Shown: positions 1 through 10,945 of the stretch, piece by piece | Position numbering within the stretch: the stretch's first letter is position 1 | Layout: each line of letters starts with the position of its first letter | Assembly: GCA_963677765.1 (NCBI GenBank) | Contig: OY782392.1 | Coordinates: 840,001 to 872,000, forward strand | Reading direction: 5' to 3' | Length of the DNA: 32,000 nucleotides | DNA from: Candidatus Saccharimonadota bacterium | GTDB taxonomy: Bacteria > Patescibacteriota > Gracilibacteria > BD1-5 > UBA6164 | Notes under the pieces: generated by a model | Told to the model about the DNA's origin: nothing | Database searches by the model: none | Seen by the model: only the letters and a program-made list of their open reading frames with translations | Made by a program: the position numbers and the translations under genes

Positions 1-2
1 TC

Positions 3-134
3 AATCCTATATCACCATTTTATTTTTGATGAGATATATGGTTTATTATAGATATAATTACAGTTTTTGTTATAGTTTTTAATATTTTTTACTACAATTA
101 TATATCATCTAAAATATCTCTTAATATTCAATAA
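3..134 (+). CDS. 3' end of a CDS entering from upstream of the window (hypothetical, C-terminal hydrophobic helix)
   Basis: Frame 3 is open from the window edge to TAA 132-134 with TGA read as Gly: NPISPFYFGGDIWFIIDIITVFVIVFNIFYYNYISSKISLNIQ*. The two mismatches between this tail and its repeat at 808-846 are both synonymous third positions in this frame. The antisense frame is also open, so the strand call is tentative. Confidence 0.3.
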
Positions 135-143
135 TCTTTATTT
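105..143. repeat. 39-bp direct repeat, copy 1 (tcatctaaaatatctcttaatattcaataatctttattt)
   Basis: 37/39 identical to 808-846 in the same orientation. It covers the last 9 codons and the stop of the partial + strand ORF. Confidence 0.85.
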
Positions 144-234
144 CAATTATATTTATTTAAGTGTTATGGGTTAAACTTTTTCATGTTAGTTTATGTTATG
201 TTTTAATAATGTAAAGTTTATGGTAAAAATTTTC

Positions 235-265
235 AAAAAGACACGGAACTATCCGTGTCTTTTTT
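235..265 (-). terminator. Rho-independent terminator downstream of the minus-strand lipoprotein gene
   Basis: Stem agacacgg (239-246) pairs with ccgtgtct (253-260) around a 6-nt loop, with A/T runs on both sides. It lies directly after the stop at 264-266. Confidence 0.7.
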
Positions 266-737
266 ATATTCATTTTTTTATTCTTATTGAAAATATATCT
301 CATTTAAAGTGTTTAATTCAATCATAGTCATGATTTATATTATAAAATGTTACTTCAATTATCATTCAATCTACTTTCCAAGAATAAGATTTTAATGAAT
401 TATTTGTTCATTCTATATTCTCAGTTTTATAATATTCTCATAAGTCTTTTTTTATGTCTTCTAAACTAGATTTTATATTTATATTTCAATAAATATATCA
501 ATTATAAAGCTCCCATTCTGAATTAACTCTAGAAGGAAAAAATATTCAATCTACTTTATTATATTTATTATATTCCAATCAAAATCACAAATTTTGATAA
601 CTTCAATTTTTACTTTCTCATACCAAATCTACAACTGACTCTCTAGTATCATTAAGTTGAATTTTAAATCTATATTCATTATTAACACTGCAAGAATATA
701 ATAGTAATAATATAGTTAATATAAATATTTTTTTCAT
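264..737 (-). CDS. Small lipoprotein, 157 aa, unknown function
   Basis: ATG at 737, TAA at 266-264. I checked every codon and found no in-frame TAA/TAG, with many in-frame TGA. The N-terminus MKKIFILTILLLLYSCSVNN has a signal peptide plus lipobox (LYSC). Confidence 0.8.
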
Positions 738-807
738 AATGATTTAATTAATTAATATTTTTTTTATAATACTTTTTAAAATATAAAAATCAATTTATAA
801 TTCTACC

Positions 808-846
808 TCATCTAAAATTTCTCTCAATATTCAATAATCTTTATTT
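808..846. repeat. 39-bp direct repeat, copy 2 (relic of a gene 3' end)
   Basis: tcatctaaaatttctctcaatattcaataatctttattt. In the + frame it still reads SSKISLNIQ*, but only 16 codons are open upstream (TAA at 784-786) and there is no start codon. A terminator follows 30 nt downstream. Confidence 0.8.
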
Positions 847-875
847 TTGGCACCTCCATATCAAAAACAAAAAAA

Positions 876-899
876 CCGACTATTTTTAGTCGGTTTTTT
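876..899 (+). terminator. Rho-independent terminator
   Basis: Stem ccgacta (876-882) pairs with tagtcgg (887-893), followed by a T-run at 894-899. Confidence 0.7.
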
Positions 900-958
900 A
901 CATTTATATAAAAATATTGTAAAATATATATGAAATTTATAAATTTTAAAAATTACAT

Positions 959-1330
959 ATGTGAATAGAATCTCAAGAAGCTAATTCTCTTACAGAAATA
1001 ACGAATAATATAAAGGAAAATCTAATATCTAGATGAACAATAGATATTGAAAAAATTGATTATTATATTAATTTTATATTAAAAGGTAAATTTAGTGAAT
1101 GAAAATTACAAAATTTATACGATAAAATAAGTAATAGTGATGATAAAAAAGTAAATGAAGTTATAGATTTTCTATATTTTATGGGTTATATGGAAAAAGA
1201 ACTAAATGACATAAAATCATCTCTTGATAAAGCTCCAGAAAAAATAAAAAAAGCTATTAGTGAACAAGCAGAAATGGAAAATAAAATTGAATTAGAAGAA
1301 TTTGAAAAATTTATGAATGATAATTTATAA
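959..1330 (+). CDS. Hypothetical small helical protein, 123 aa
   Basis: ATG 959, TAA 1328-1330, with 3 in-frame TGA. Translation begins MGIESQEANSLTEITNNIKENLISRGTIDIEKIDYY and ends EEFEKFMNDNL. No recognised motif. Confidence 0.6.
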
Positions 1331-1371
1331 AAAATTATTATTATTTAAATCTTATATATTAAAAATATAAA

Positions 1372-1758
1372 ATGGCAATTGAATCAGTAAATCATACAGT
1401 TGAAGCTGTTAATAACCTTAATAATGATATAAAGGGCTTAGAGAATAAATTAAATGATATAAAAGAGAAAACATGATTGTTCTCAGAATATTCTCCATCT
1501 GAAGGTATGGATAAAGTAATAGATACTATAAGTGATTTTATTAAAGAAAAATATGGAACTATAAATATTATATCAAATGCTTTGTCTAATTGAATTGAAA
1601 ATCAGGAGGTAAATCAGATTTTAACTAGTTTGGTATCTAAGATGGATATTTTAATATCTACTCTAAATGACAATTCAACATGGGTTAGTGGTTGATCAAA
1701 AGATAAATTTAATATGTTACTTGCAGAACTTAATACTGTTAAATCAAAAATTAGCTAA
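1372..1758 (+). CDS. Hypothetical small helical/coiled-coil protein, 128 aa
   Basis: ATG 1372, TAA 1756-1758, with in-frame TGA. Translation begins MAIESVNHTVEAVNNLNNDIKGLENKLNDIKEKTG and ends AELNTVKSKIS. No recognised motif. Confidence 0.65.
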
Positions 1759-1850
1759 AAAAATATTATTTTATTTGTAATTACTTATTGTTATATCTAA
1801 ATTAATATTATATAATATAATTCAATTCAATATAAACTAAAAAAACTATT

Positions 1851-2636
1851 ATGAAAAAATCTACATTAATTACTTCTATTATTTTTGTATTATTTATATT
1901 TACTTATGTAATTGTTGATGCAAGAGCATGATGATGAGGTTCTTCTAGCTCAGGTGATTGAGAGTCAGTTTTTTGAGCAGTTATAGCATGACTTATCTAT
2001 GCTATATATGAAATTAGAAGAAGAAAAATGATTAAAAAAGCAAAAAAAGATTTAGAAGAAGCTTTGAAATCTGATTCTACTTGGGATTTAGCTTCTTTGA
2101 AAGAGTCTGTTGAAAATGTTTTTTCAAAATATCAAATAGCTTGGTGAGATAAAGACTTAACTAGTGTAAAACATCTAATGACAAAAAAATATTATGAAAA
2201 AGCTAAAAAAATCATGGATAAAAAATTATCTTGAAAAATTAATATAATTAAAGATATAAAAATACATGAAATGAATTTGATGTCTGTAAGAGATATGCCA
2301 GGTAGGGATGGAGATATGTTTGCTATGGAAGTAAGTGCTTCTATGATAGATTATACTATAAATGAAAAGACTTGAAAATTTATTAGATCTACTATGCAAA
2401 AAAGAAAAAATGAAACAAACTTATCTTATCAAAATAGAGCTATGACTTCAGCTTCTGAATTTAAAGAATATTATATTTTTATAAGATATGATTGAAAATG
2501 GTTATTAAATAATATAAAAGAAAAATTTTCAATTGTTTGAGATATAATAAGTTTAAAAGAAAAAGATTTAAGAAAAGTATTAGAACAAGAAGAATCAACT
2601 GATTATGTAGATGATAGTGTTTTTTATAAAGATTAA
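1851..2636 (+). CDS. Tim44-like domain membrane protein, 261 aa
   Basis: N-terminal TM helix, then RAGGGGSSSSGDG (four of these Gly are TGA), a second hydrophobic stretch and a C-terminal alpha+beta region (WDLASLKESVENVFSKYQIAWGDKD...EYYIFIRYDGKWLL). This is the typical layout of bacterial Tim44-like proteins. TAA at 2634-2636. Confidence 0.7.
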
Positions 2637-2639
2637 AAA

Positions 2640-2667
2640 AGAGAATTTGCTTCTCTTTTTTTTTTTA
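2640..2667 (+). terminator. Rho-independent terminator
   Basis: Stem agagaa pairs with ttctct around a 5-nt loop, followed by an 11-nt T-run. Confidence 0.8.
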
Positions 2668-2778
2668 CTTTTAAAATTTTAATCTAGATTTAATATGGCT
2701 TTTATATAATTAGATTAATTTATATTTGTATAAATAAAAATACTAGTACAATATAATTGTTTTATAACCAATTTTTTT

Positions 2779-4452
2779 ATGAAAAAATCACTATATATAT
2801 TTTTTGTTATTTTTTTATTATCATGATGTGTTAATCAAATAAATATTGATAATAATTCTAGTTCATGAACAAAAACTGAGTTAGTTAATTCAGGAACTAT
2901 TGATATTACAGAACAATCTAATTCATGAAATCTTGATCTGTCATTTACTTGAAACTTATATAATGATACAAATAAGTATTGTATATTATCAGATTATTGT
3001 ATACCTTCTGAGTTAGAAATAAATCAAGAAAATTGATTTTATATTGCAAATACTTCAACTTGAGAGTATGAGTCTAAGCAAGAATTTACTTATGAGTTAT
3101 CAGAAAACTATGATTATTTTTATATGTCATTAAGTGAATTCATGAGTAAAAAAAATACAAAAATATCTAAAGTATGAAGTTATTATATAAAGTCTTTTGA
3201 TAGAATCTGATGTTGATGATCTAACTTGGAACAAGTAGTTTTAGATTCTAATTGAAAACAAGTAGAAAAAGACTTATTAGATTTAAATATTTCAAAAATA
3301 AAATTATGAAATGTTAGTTTTGAACCAACTTTAAAAGCAAAGGGTTGATTTTGACAACCTCTTGATTCTTATAATGACTTCAAAATTTATAGAGAAGATA
3401 AAAAATACAAAATCTATGAAAATCAAGAAGACTTTGTTAATTTTGTAAATGATAAAGTTATAAACGAGGATAAAAAATTATATAATTCATATATAGCTTT
3501 GTACAAAGATAACCCTGAAGTTTATGTTTTTTATAATTCATTGTGATATGATGATTCTAGTTTAAGGGTTGTATGGTTATGAACTGATGAGTCATATTTA
3601 AATCAAAATATAAAAGAGAATTGAGATTATATGGATTTAGATATAACAAATAAAATAATTTGATATTATGGAGGAGAATATTCTGCTCAAGGTATTTTCG
3701 ATAAAGATTGAAATAGAATAAACTCAGTAACTAAATCTCAATTGCCAATATTTAGTATGAAAAAACTAAATGAAAACTGAAATTATTTAGTTTACTTCAA
3801 GGATTGATATGAATTAAAATCTTTTGCTGAAATGTGTAAACCTGTTGTTTATTATTACTCAAATGAAAAAGAAAAAAATAATCTTACTATTGATATAAAA
3901 AAATGAGATTATTTTACAACTCTTATTCCTGAATTTAACAATAATAATTGATGGGATTTTGAATCAAATGATTGAAATATAACTGTTTGAGAATCTAGTT
4001 ATGATTATCTTTATTATTCTTTAGTTACTATGGATTATAAACATAATAATGATTGATGGATAGTATTATGAGATAATATAGTTGAATTTTTTGATGATAA
4101 ATTAGATAAAATTAACTTTAATAAAAAAGAAAAACAAGACTTTATAGATTTTTGGAAAACAGAATATGAATCTTGAAAATATTATTTTGTTTCTTTTAAA
4201 TACAAAGAAGAGCTTGATAAAATAGTTGATTTAAAATTTTCAAAAAATGTAGATAATGAATTCAGAGTTTTACTTGATAGTTATGAATTAACTGATTTTG
4301 TTATGGAAGAAAAAGAAAAATTTTTATATTCAAATGTTTGAGATAAATTCGATAATTATCTTATAAAAAGATTTGGAAGGGATAATAATTCAACTGAGGT
4401 TTTTGAGTGGGGAGGTGTTCTGATAAAAAAAGATGAAACAATTATAAAATAG
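2779..4452 (+). CDS. Large lipoprotein, 557 aa, unknown function
   Basis: ATG 2779, TAG 4450-4452. I checked all 558 codons for TAA/TAG. The N-terminus MKKSLYIFFVIFLLSGCVNQ has a lipobox L-S-G-C whose Gly is a TGA codon. There are dozens of in-frame TGA. Confidence 0.85.
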
Positions 4453-4455
4453 TAT

Positions 4456-6201
4456 ATGAAAAAGATAATAACATTTATTTTTATGATTCTTATTATAAGT
4501 TCTTGTTCTAAACAAGAGCTTATTTTGAATGAAAATAAAGAAACAGAAGTTACAAAAAATGAAAAATATTTTACTATAATTCCTCACCATAATTTGGTTG
4601 ATGAAAAAATAGATGAATATTATAATTATTTGAAAAACAAATATAATAACTTTGATAATATTATAATAATTTCACCTAATCATTTTGAAAATGTTTATTA
4701 TAGTCCTTGAGTAGAAACAAAGTTTTGTAACAAAATGTATCCAAATGAATGTTTAACTATAAATTCTTTAGATTGAATTAATTTAGATAAAAATATAATA
4801 TCAAATGAAAATATAGATGAATTAGTATTAACAAAAGAGCATTGAATAGCTAACCATTTTAAATTTATTAATAAATATTTTAAAAACTCAAATATTTATA
4901 GTATTTTATTAAAAATAGATATAGAAAAAGATTATTCATTGGAAGAAATATCTGAAAAACTCAAGAATTATAACTTTAAATGAAAAACTTTATTTATATG
5001 ATCAGTTGATTTTTCTCATCATGTTAATGAAAAAGTAGCTGTATTTCATGATATGAATACTTTGGATTATTTAAATGGTTGATTTGAAAAAAAAATAGAA
5101 GTAGATTGTCCTAATTGTTTATATTTGATAAAAGATCTTTCTAGCCATTATTCAAAGAATAATTTTGATTTATATTCTAGAACATCAACAGATTCATTTC
5201 TTAATATAAATTCAAACTTTGATAATACTAGTCATATCTATTGAGAGTTTATAAAAGAAAAAAAAGATAATTATGACTCTGTTTTTTCATGATTACTAGA
5301 TGAAAGTAACTTTGATATAATTACTTGAACATGAAATATAAATAATAATTATGTATATTGAATGTTTTTTTGAGATACTCATTTTACTAGATGATTTACA
5401 AGTTATTATAACAAAAACACTATAGATGATTATTTATCATGTTTTTATTCAAATGCTGATTTAACTAGAGAAATTGATTATTGGCATAATAGAATTTTTT
5501 ATTGATTTGATATAGTTTGAGTAAATTTGGAAACTTCAGTCTGATATAAAAATGAGTGTCAATATTCTCAAAAAGAAATAAAATTTCAAACTGATCCTAA
5601 GTATTTATTAGATTTTAAAAAAGTATGAATTAATACTTTTAATCTAGCTAATAATCATAGTTATGATTGTTGAAATATATGATATGAAGCAACAAAAAAA
5701 TACTTGGAACAAAATAACTTAGATTATTTTTGAGATTGAAGAAAAAATGAGGAAAAAATTCTAAAAAAAGATATAAATTGAACAAAAGTAGCTTTTGTAT
5801 GATTTAATGATATTTGAAATCAAATAAATATCTCAGATAAATCAGATAAAATAAAAAACTTAACTGATGAATGATATATTGTTATAGTAAATATACATTG
5901 GTGAATGGAATATCATTTAAAATCAAACAATAGACAAAAAAATATAGCTAAGAGTTTTATTGATTCTTGAGCTAAGCTTATAATATGACATCATCCTCAT
6001 GTTGTTCAAGATTATGAAATATATAAATGAGTTCCTATTTTTTATAGCTTGTGAAATTTTATTTTTGATCAACCATTTGAAAATACTTTAAAATGATATT
6101 GATTGATTTTTGCAATAAACAATAATTCTGTTAAATATAATTTATTAGAATTTAATAGAAACAGTAAAAATTTTATGATAGATTGTGATAGTTTTAAATA
6201 A
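4456..6201 (+). CDS. Lipoprotein fusing a Memo-like (class III extradiol dioxygenase fold) N-domain to a CapA/PGA_cap metallophosphatase-like C-domain, 581 aa
   Basis: Signal peptide and lipobox MKKIITFIFMILIISSCS. N-domain motifs: IIPHHNLV, IIISPNHF, GSVDFSHHVNEKVAVFHDMNTLDYL. C-domain CapA motifs: FFGDTHFTRG, NLANNHSYDCG, FVGFND, NIHWGMEYH (tgg tga), GHHPHVVQ, YSLGNF. All codons checked; TAA at 6199-6201. Confidence 0.85.
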
Positions 6202-6230
6202 AAGAACTTTAATAAAAGTTCTTTTATTTT
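6201..6230 (+). terminator. Rho-independent terminator
   Basis: Stem aaagaac (6201-6207) pairs with gttcttt (6218-6224), followed by a T-rich tail. Confidence 0.6.
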
Positions 6231-6294
6231 TACTTGTAACTATATAGAAAATAGTTAATATAAAATACCTTTTTTAAAAATAATATAAAAATTA

Positions 6295-7710
6295 ATGAAA
6301 AAAAATAATGCATTAGAGTGATCCATAGTTAAATCTATACTTACACTGACAATACCAATTTTGATATCTAATTTACTTCAAAGTGCTTATCAATTAATTG
6401 ATGCTTTTTGGGTTTGAAAACTTTGAGAAAATGCTGTAGCAGCTGTTTCTATAAGTTTTCCTATAACTTTTTTTCTTATATCTGTATGAAGCTGATTTTC
6501 TATAGCTTGAGCTACACTTATTGCTCAGTTTTATTGAGCTAAGAATTTTAAAAAAGTTAATCATGTAGCAGCTCAAACTATTTTACTTGTAGTTATTGTT
6601 TCTATATTATTATCTATAGTTTGATATGTATCAGCAGGTTTTATATTATGAATTATGTGAGTGGAAGCAGCTGTTTATAATGAAGCATTAAAATTCTTAC
6701 AAATTTCATTTTTATGAATGGTTTTTGTTTTTTCATTTTTTATGTTTCAATCATTACTAAGAGGTATATGAGAAGTAAAATTACCAATGAAAATAGTGTT
6801 ATTTACAGTTATATTAAATCTATTTTTAGACCCTCTGTTTATATTTTGATATTGAATAATACCTGCTATGTGAGTTTCATGAGCTGCTTTAGCAACTTTA
6901 TTTACTCAGTCAATTGCTACTTTTATAGGTTTATTTTTCTTGTTTAAATGAACATATTGAATAAAAATTTCTATACCAAGTTTTAAACCAGATTTTTCAT
7001 ATATTAAAACAGCTTTTTTCTTATGATTTCCTTCTTCTATAGAAATGTCATTACGTAGTTTATGATTAGTTATTTTAACTATTTTAATTACTAGTTTTTG
7101 AACTACAGCAGCAGCATCATATTGAGCATGATCAAATATAGTTCAGTTGGTTATGATACTATCTCTATGATTATCTATGTCAACAGCAGCGCTAGTATGA
7201 CAAAATATAGGAGCTAAAAATATTGCCAGAGCAGAAGAGATAGCTAAAGTAAGTTCACTTCTTTCATTTGTTTTTCTAACAATTATTTGAATAATAGTAT
7301 TTATATTTGCTAAATATTTTGTTTGATTTTTTGTTCCTTGAGAACAAGCTGTAATTGATTGATGAGCAAGATTTTTACATATTATTTCATTATCTTTTTG
7401 ATTAATATGAATTCAAATGGCTATTACTTGAGTATTTAGAGCTTCGGGTAATATGAATACTGCTCTTATATTAACAATCATATCTCAGTGGGTATTGCAA
7501 TTCCCATTAGCATATATATTGTCTAAACATACAGATTTATGAATAGATTGATTATGGTATGCTATTTTACTAACAAATATTATAATGGTATTTATTTCTA
7601 TTTTGGTATTTAAAAAATGAGATTGGAAAAATAAAAAGCTTACAAAAGAAGATAAATTAGAAGAAGAAGTTTATGAAAATACAGTTATAGAAAGATGATA
7701 TAAACATTAA
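6295..7710 (+). CDS. MATE family efflux transporter, 471 aa
   Basis: Twelve-TM-like hydrophobic profile. The N-terminus PILISNLLQSAYQLIDAFWVGKLGENAVAAVSISFP is typical of MATE/NorM. The second half has GLSMSTAALVGQNIGAKN. All codons checked; TAA at 7708-7710. Confidence 0.9.
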
Positions 7711-7718
7711 AAAAAATA

Positions 7719-7748
7719 GGCTCTAGCTTTTTGCTAGATCCTTTTTTT
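7719..7748 (+). terminator. Rho-independent terminator shared by convergent genes
   Basis: Stem ggctctagc pairs with gctagatcc (one mismatch), followed by a T7 run. The stop codon of the minus gene 7734-8060 lies inside it. Confidence 0.7.
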
Positions 7749-8060
7749 GTATTTTTTTGAATGTATTTTATTCCTTTCTTCTTTTAAATATCTTATATAT
7801 TTATCAGTATTTGAACCACTAATAATTTTATAATTTTTTGGATTAACATCTATCTCAAATTTGTAATCATTAGATTCTATTATTTTAACTAAATCATTAC
7901 TTATTCTAGATACTCCAAGCATTTTTTTTATATTAATTAAATCAACTTGTTTTACTTCGTTTTCAATAATTATTTCTGCAATTAGTTTTGTTCTTTTCCT
8001 CAAAATATTTTCAACCCATATAGGTTTTTGATATCTTATTTTTTTTATTTTTGCATACAT
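7734..8060 (-). CDS. Hypothetical small basic protein, 108 aa (possibly HTH-like)
   Basis: Intact in the standard-code track. GGAG Shine-Dalgarno 6-8 nt upstream of the ATG at 8060. Lys/Arg-rich ends. The segment LINIKKMLGVSRISNDLVKII resembles a helix-turn-helix. Confidence 0.65.
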   Translation of the reverse strand: MYAKIKKIRYQKPIWVENILRKRTKLIAEIIIENEVKQVDLINIKKMLGVSRISNDLVKIIESNDYKFEIDVNPKNYKIISGSNTDKYIRYLKEERNKIHSKKYKKRI

Positions 8061-8202
8061 TCATTCTCCTTTTTTTGATGTTGTTTATTTATAAGGATTT
8101 ATTTTTCAATGTCAAAATCTATTTGTATATATATCTTATAAAGTTTTGATAAAAAAATATAAATACTATAATAAAAATTAGTTATTTTTTATAAAAAATT
8201 AA

Positions 8203-8874
8203 ATGAAAAAAGTTATAAAAATATTAGTTTTATTATTTATATTATGAATATCATCTATTTTACTTATAAATTTGTATGTTTTATCTTTTTCTAAATCAAA
8301 GATAATTACAACTACAAGCATAGATTTAGATTATGGCGTATGAATAGTTTTTTGAGCAAAAGTAAAAGATAATTGAAACCCTTCTGATATATTAAAAGAT
8401 AGATTAAAAGTAGCATATGAAGCTTATTCTAATAAATTAGTATCAAAAATAATCGTATCATGAGATAATTCTAGAATTGATTATGATGAAACTACTGCAA
8501 TGAGAGATTATTTGATACAATTATGAGTAAATAAAGATGATATATATATGGACTATGCTTGATTTGATACATATGATACTTTATATAGAGCAAAAGATAT
8601 ATTTTGAGTAGAAAAAGCAGTTTTATTTACACAAACTTTTCATTTAAAAAGAGCTTTATATATTTCAAATAGAATTTGAATAGATTCTATTTGAATAAGT
8701 ACTGATTTAAGAGATTATATTTATTCTGATTATTATAATAGGAGAGAAGCATTAGCTCGTATAAAAGCATTTTTAAATGTTGAAATATTAAGATCAAAAC
8801 CAAAATACCTATGAGATAAAATAGATTTAAATATTCCACAAACAGAAATAAGTGAACTAAATGTTTATAAGTAA
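8203..8874 (+). CDS. sanA: SanA/YdcF (DUF218) family envelope protein, 223 aa
   Basis: N-terminal TM helix, then GIVFGAKVKDNGNPSDILKDRLKVAYEAY...IIVSGDNSRIDYDETTAMRDYLIQLGVNKDDIYMDYAGFDTYDTLYRAKDIFGV...FTQTFHLKRALYISNRIGIDSIG. This matches the SanA pattern. All codons checked. Confidence 0.85.
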
Positions 8875-8876
8875 AA

Positions 8877-8905
8877 AGATATTAATTTTAATTAATATCT
8901 TTTTT
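8877..8905 (+). terminator. Rho-independent terminator
   Basis: Stem agatattaat pairs with attaatatct around a 4-nt loop, followed by a T-run. Confidence 0.7.
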
Positions 8906-8969
8906 ATTTTACTTTTTGTATAAAAAGTAATAAAATACTTATACAAATATTTTTTTAATCAAATTTGTT

Positions 8970-9518
8970 ATGGAATTACTTATTTTACTTTGAGTTTGAA
9001 CATTGTTATGATTATTTGTTGCTACAAAATATAATGCAATAATCAAATTGAGAAATATTAGAGAACAATCATTTGCTGATATTGATGTACAATTAAAATT
9101 AAGATTTGATTTAGTACCTAATTTAATAGAAACAGTAAAATGATATGCTAGTCATGAAAAAGAAACTTTGGAAAATGTTACAAAAGCAAGAACAGAGTTT
9201 TTAAATGCTTGAAATATAGATCAAAAAATGGAAGCAGATAATATGCTTACAGATACTTTAAAAAGTTTATTTGCTGTTGCTGAAAGTTATCCTGATTTAA
9301 AAGCTAATCAAAACTTTTTACAAATGCAAACAGAATTATCAGATATAGAAAATAAAATAGCATCGGCTAGAAGATTTTTCAATAATGCTACACAAGAATA
9401 TAACACTTATATTCAAATGTTTCCTACAAATATAATTGCTTGAATGTTTAGTTTTAAAGAAGAAAAAATGTTTGAAACTAAAGAAGCAGAAAGAGAAAAT
9501 ATAAAAGTTTCTTTTTAG
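8970..9518 (+). CDS. lemA: LemA family protein, 182 aa
   Basis: N-terminal TM helix, then [54 protein letters not shown]...SYPDLKANQNFLQMQTELSDIENKIASARRFFNNATQEYNTYIQMFPTNIIAGMF. This is the canonical LemA signature. Confidence 0.92.
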
Positions 9519-9546
9519 TTTTAATATATTCTAAAATAAAAATAAA

Positions 9547-10467
9547 ATGGCATATTTATGATTGACCACTTCTATCTGGCATAATAGGCTTAGACTTATT
9601 TATCTTACATTATTGTTACCATTAGTAGTATTGATAATTATATTTATATACTTACTAATTGTTCATTGAAGTATTACTGATATTTTTTGGGCTGATTTTC
9701 AAACTATAAACTTATTATTAATTCCCATACTTATTATATGGTTAATTATAGGTGTTAGTATGCAAAAAAATATTATCTTTAAATTTACTTGAGCTAGGGA
9801 AGTAACAAGAACTGAAGAATATGAAATATATAATATAGTTGAAAATTTATGTATATCTAGAGGTCTAGTTACACCAAAAATATGAATTATAGAAGATAAT
9901 AGTTTGAATGCTTTTGCAACTTGATGGACACCAAAGAGTTCTTGGGTTGTATTTTCTAGATGATTAATTAATAAATTAGATAAAAAAGAAATAGAAGCTG
10001 TTGCAGCACATGAATTAACTCATATAATAAATTGAGATGTAAAAAATATGGTTATAATAAATGTATTTATTTGAGCTATATGAACTATCGGATATTTTCT
10101 TATGAGAACTTGATCTTCTAGATCATCTTCAAAATGAAAAAATCCATTATTTATTTTATGAATTATGTTATATTTAGCATCTATATTTTTATTGCCACTT
10201 ATTAACTTAGCTATATCTAGAAAAAAAGAATACTTAGCTGATGCATGAGCTGTTTCTTTGACAAAAGATAATGAAGCAATGATTAGTGCATTACAAAAAA
10301 TAAGCTCTGATTCAGTTATAGAGTCACTATCTAGTAAATGAAGAAACATAGCTTCTATGTTTATAAGTAACCCTAGAGCTAAACCTAGACTTTTTTCAGA
10401 TATGAGATCACTTTTTTCAACTCACCCTAGTATAGAATCTAGAATTGAAGCTTTAAGAAGATATTAA
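9547..10467 (+). CDS. htpX: M48 family zinc metalloprotease, HtpX-like, 306 aa
   Basis: TM helices, NAFATGW (tga tgg), the zinc motif AAHELTHIING (HExxH), and C-terminal EYLADAGAVSLT...STHPSIESRIEALRRY. It lies immediately downstream of lemA, a common pairing. All codons checked. Confidence 0.9.
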
Positions 10468-10492
10468 AGAACTATATTTATAGTTCTTTTTT
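10467..10492 (+). terminator. Rho-independent terminator
   Basis: Stem aagaactata pairs with tatagttctt, followed by a T-run. Confidence 0.65.
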
Positions 10493-10564
10493 GTTTTATT
10501 AAGTTATTTGACAATATAGTTTTTTATTATATTATACTAGAAAATATTATTTTATAATTATACT

Positions 10565-10915
10565 ATGAATTATTTATATAGAGATCAATTACAATTAAAA
10601 AAAGAAAAATTAATTACATGATTAGGATTAAAATGAGAAGATAAGGATATTATTAATTTACTATTAACTAATATGATAACTGTAGTTTGATTATTAGAGT
10701 GAATGAATCCAAATGAACGTCAAAATACTAATTGATATAATCTTGTATCTGAGTATGAACTAACAGATAAAATAATAACTGAAATTTCTAAAAATAGTGA
10801 TATGGTTAATACTATTTTAAGAGAATCTAAATTACTTAAGGCAATTCCTTCTAAAAATAAATCATTTACTACAAAAGATTTAAAAGACCTTTATAATTTG
10901 GAAATGATAAAATAA
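10565..10915 (+). CDS. Hypothetical protein, 116 aa
   Basis: ATG 10565, TAA 10913-10915, with 5 in-frame TGA. All codons checked. No recognised motif. Confidence 0.6.
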
Positions 10916-10919
10916 AAAA

Positions 10920-10945
10920 AGAACTAGTAATCTAGTTCTTTTTTT
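10920..10945. terminator. Bidirectional terminator between convergent genes
   Basis: Stem agaactag pairs with ctagttct around a 4-nt loop, with an A-run upstream and a T-run downstream. Confidence 0.7.

Noticed and set aside
1-137. Minus-strand ORF open from 137 to the window edge, possibly starting at TTG 131-129
   Set aside because: It has no ATG and no Shine-Dalgarno. The two differences between the 39-bp repeat copies are non-synonymous in this frame but synonymous in the + frame. The + frame also encodes a plausible TM helix.
7734-8060. Gene with no TGA codons as a possible foreign (standard-code) acquisition
   Set aside because: The protein has only two glycines (both GGN). The absence of TGA is therefore not statistically meaningful, and the composition matches the surrounding DNA.
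10020-10349. Standard-code track ORFs at 4390-4590(-), 6394-6576(-), 6714-6947(+), 10020-10349(-), 13125-13388(+), 16860-17090(+), 17325-17543(+), 19042-19254(+), 20625-20834(-) and 29073-29282(+)
   Set aside because: Each is antisense to, or out of frame with, a long motif-supported table-25 CDS (Memo/CapA, MATE, HtpX, YbaK, SpeE-like, HK, BatD-like, PPK2). Their translations are low-complexity Ile/Phe/Lys/Asn strings, typical of spurious frames in AT-rich DNA.
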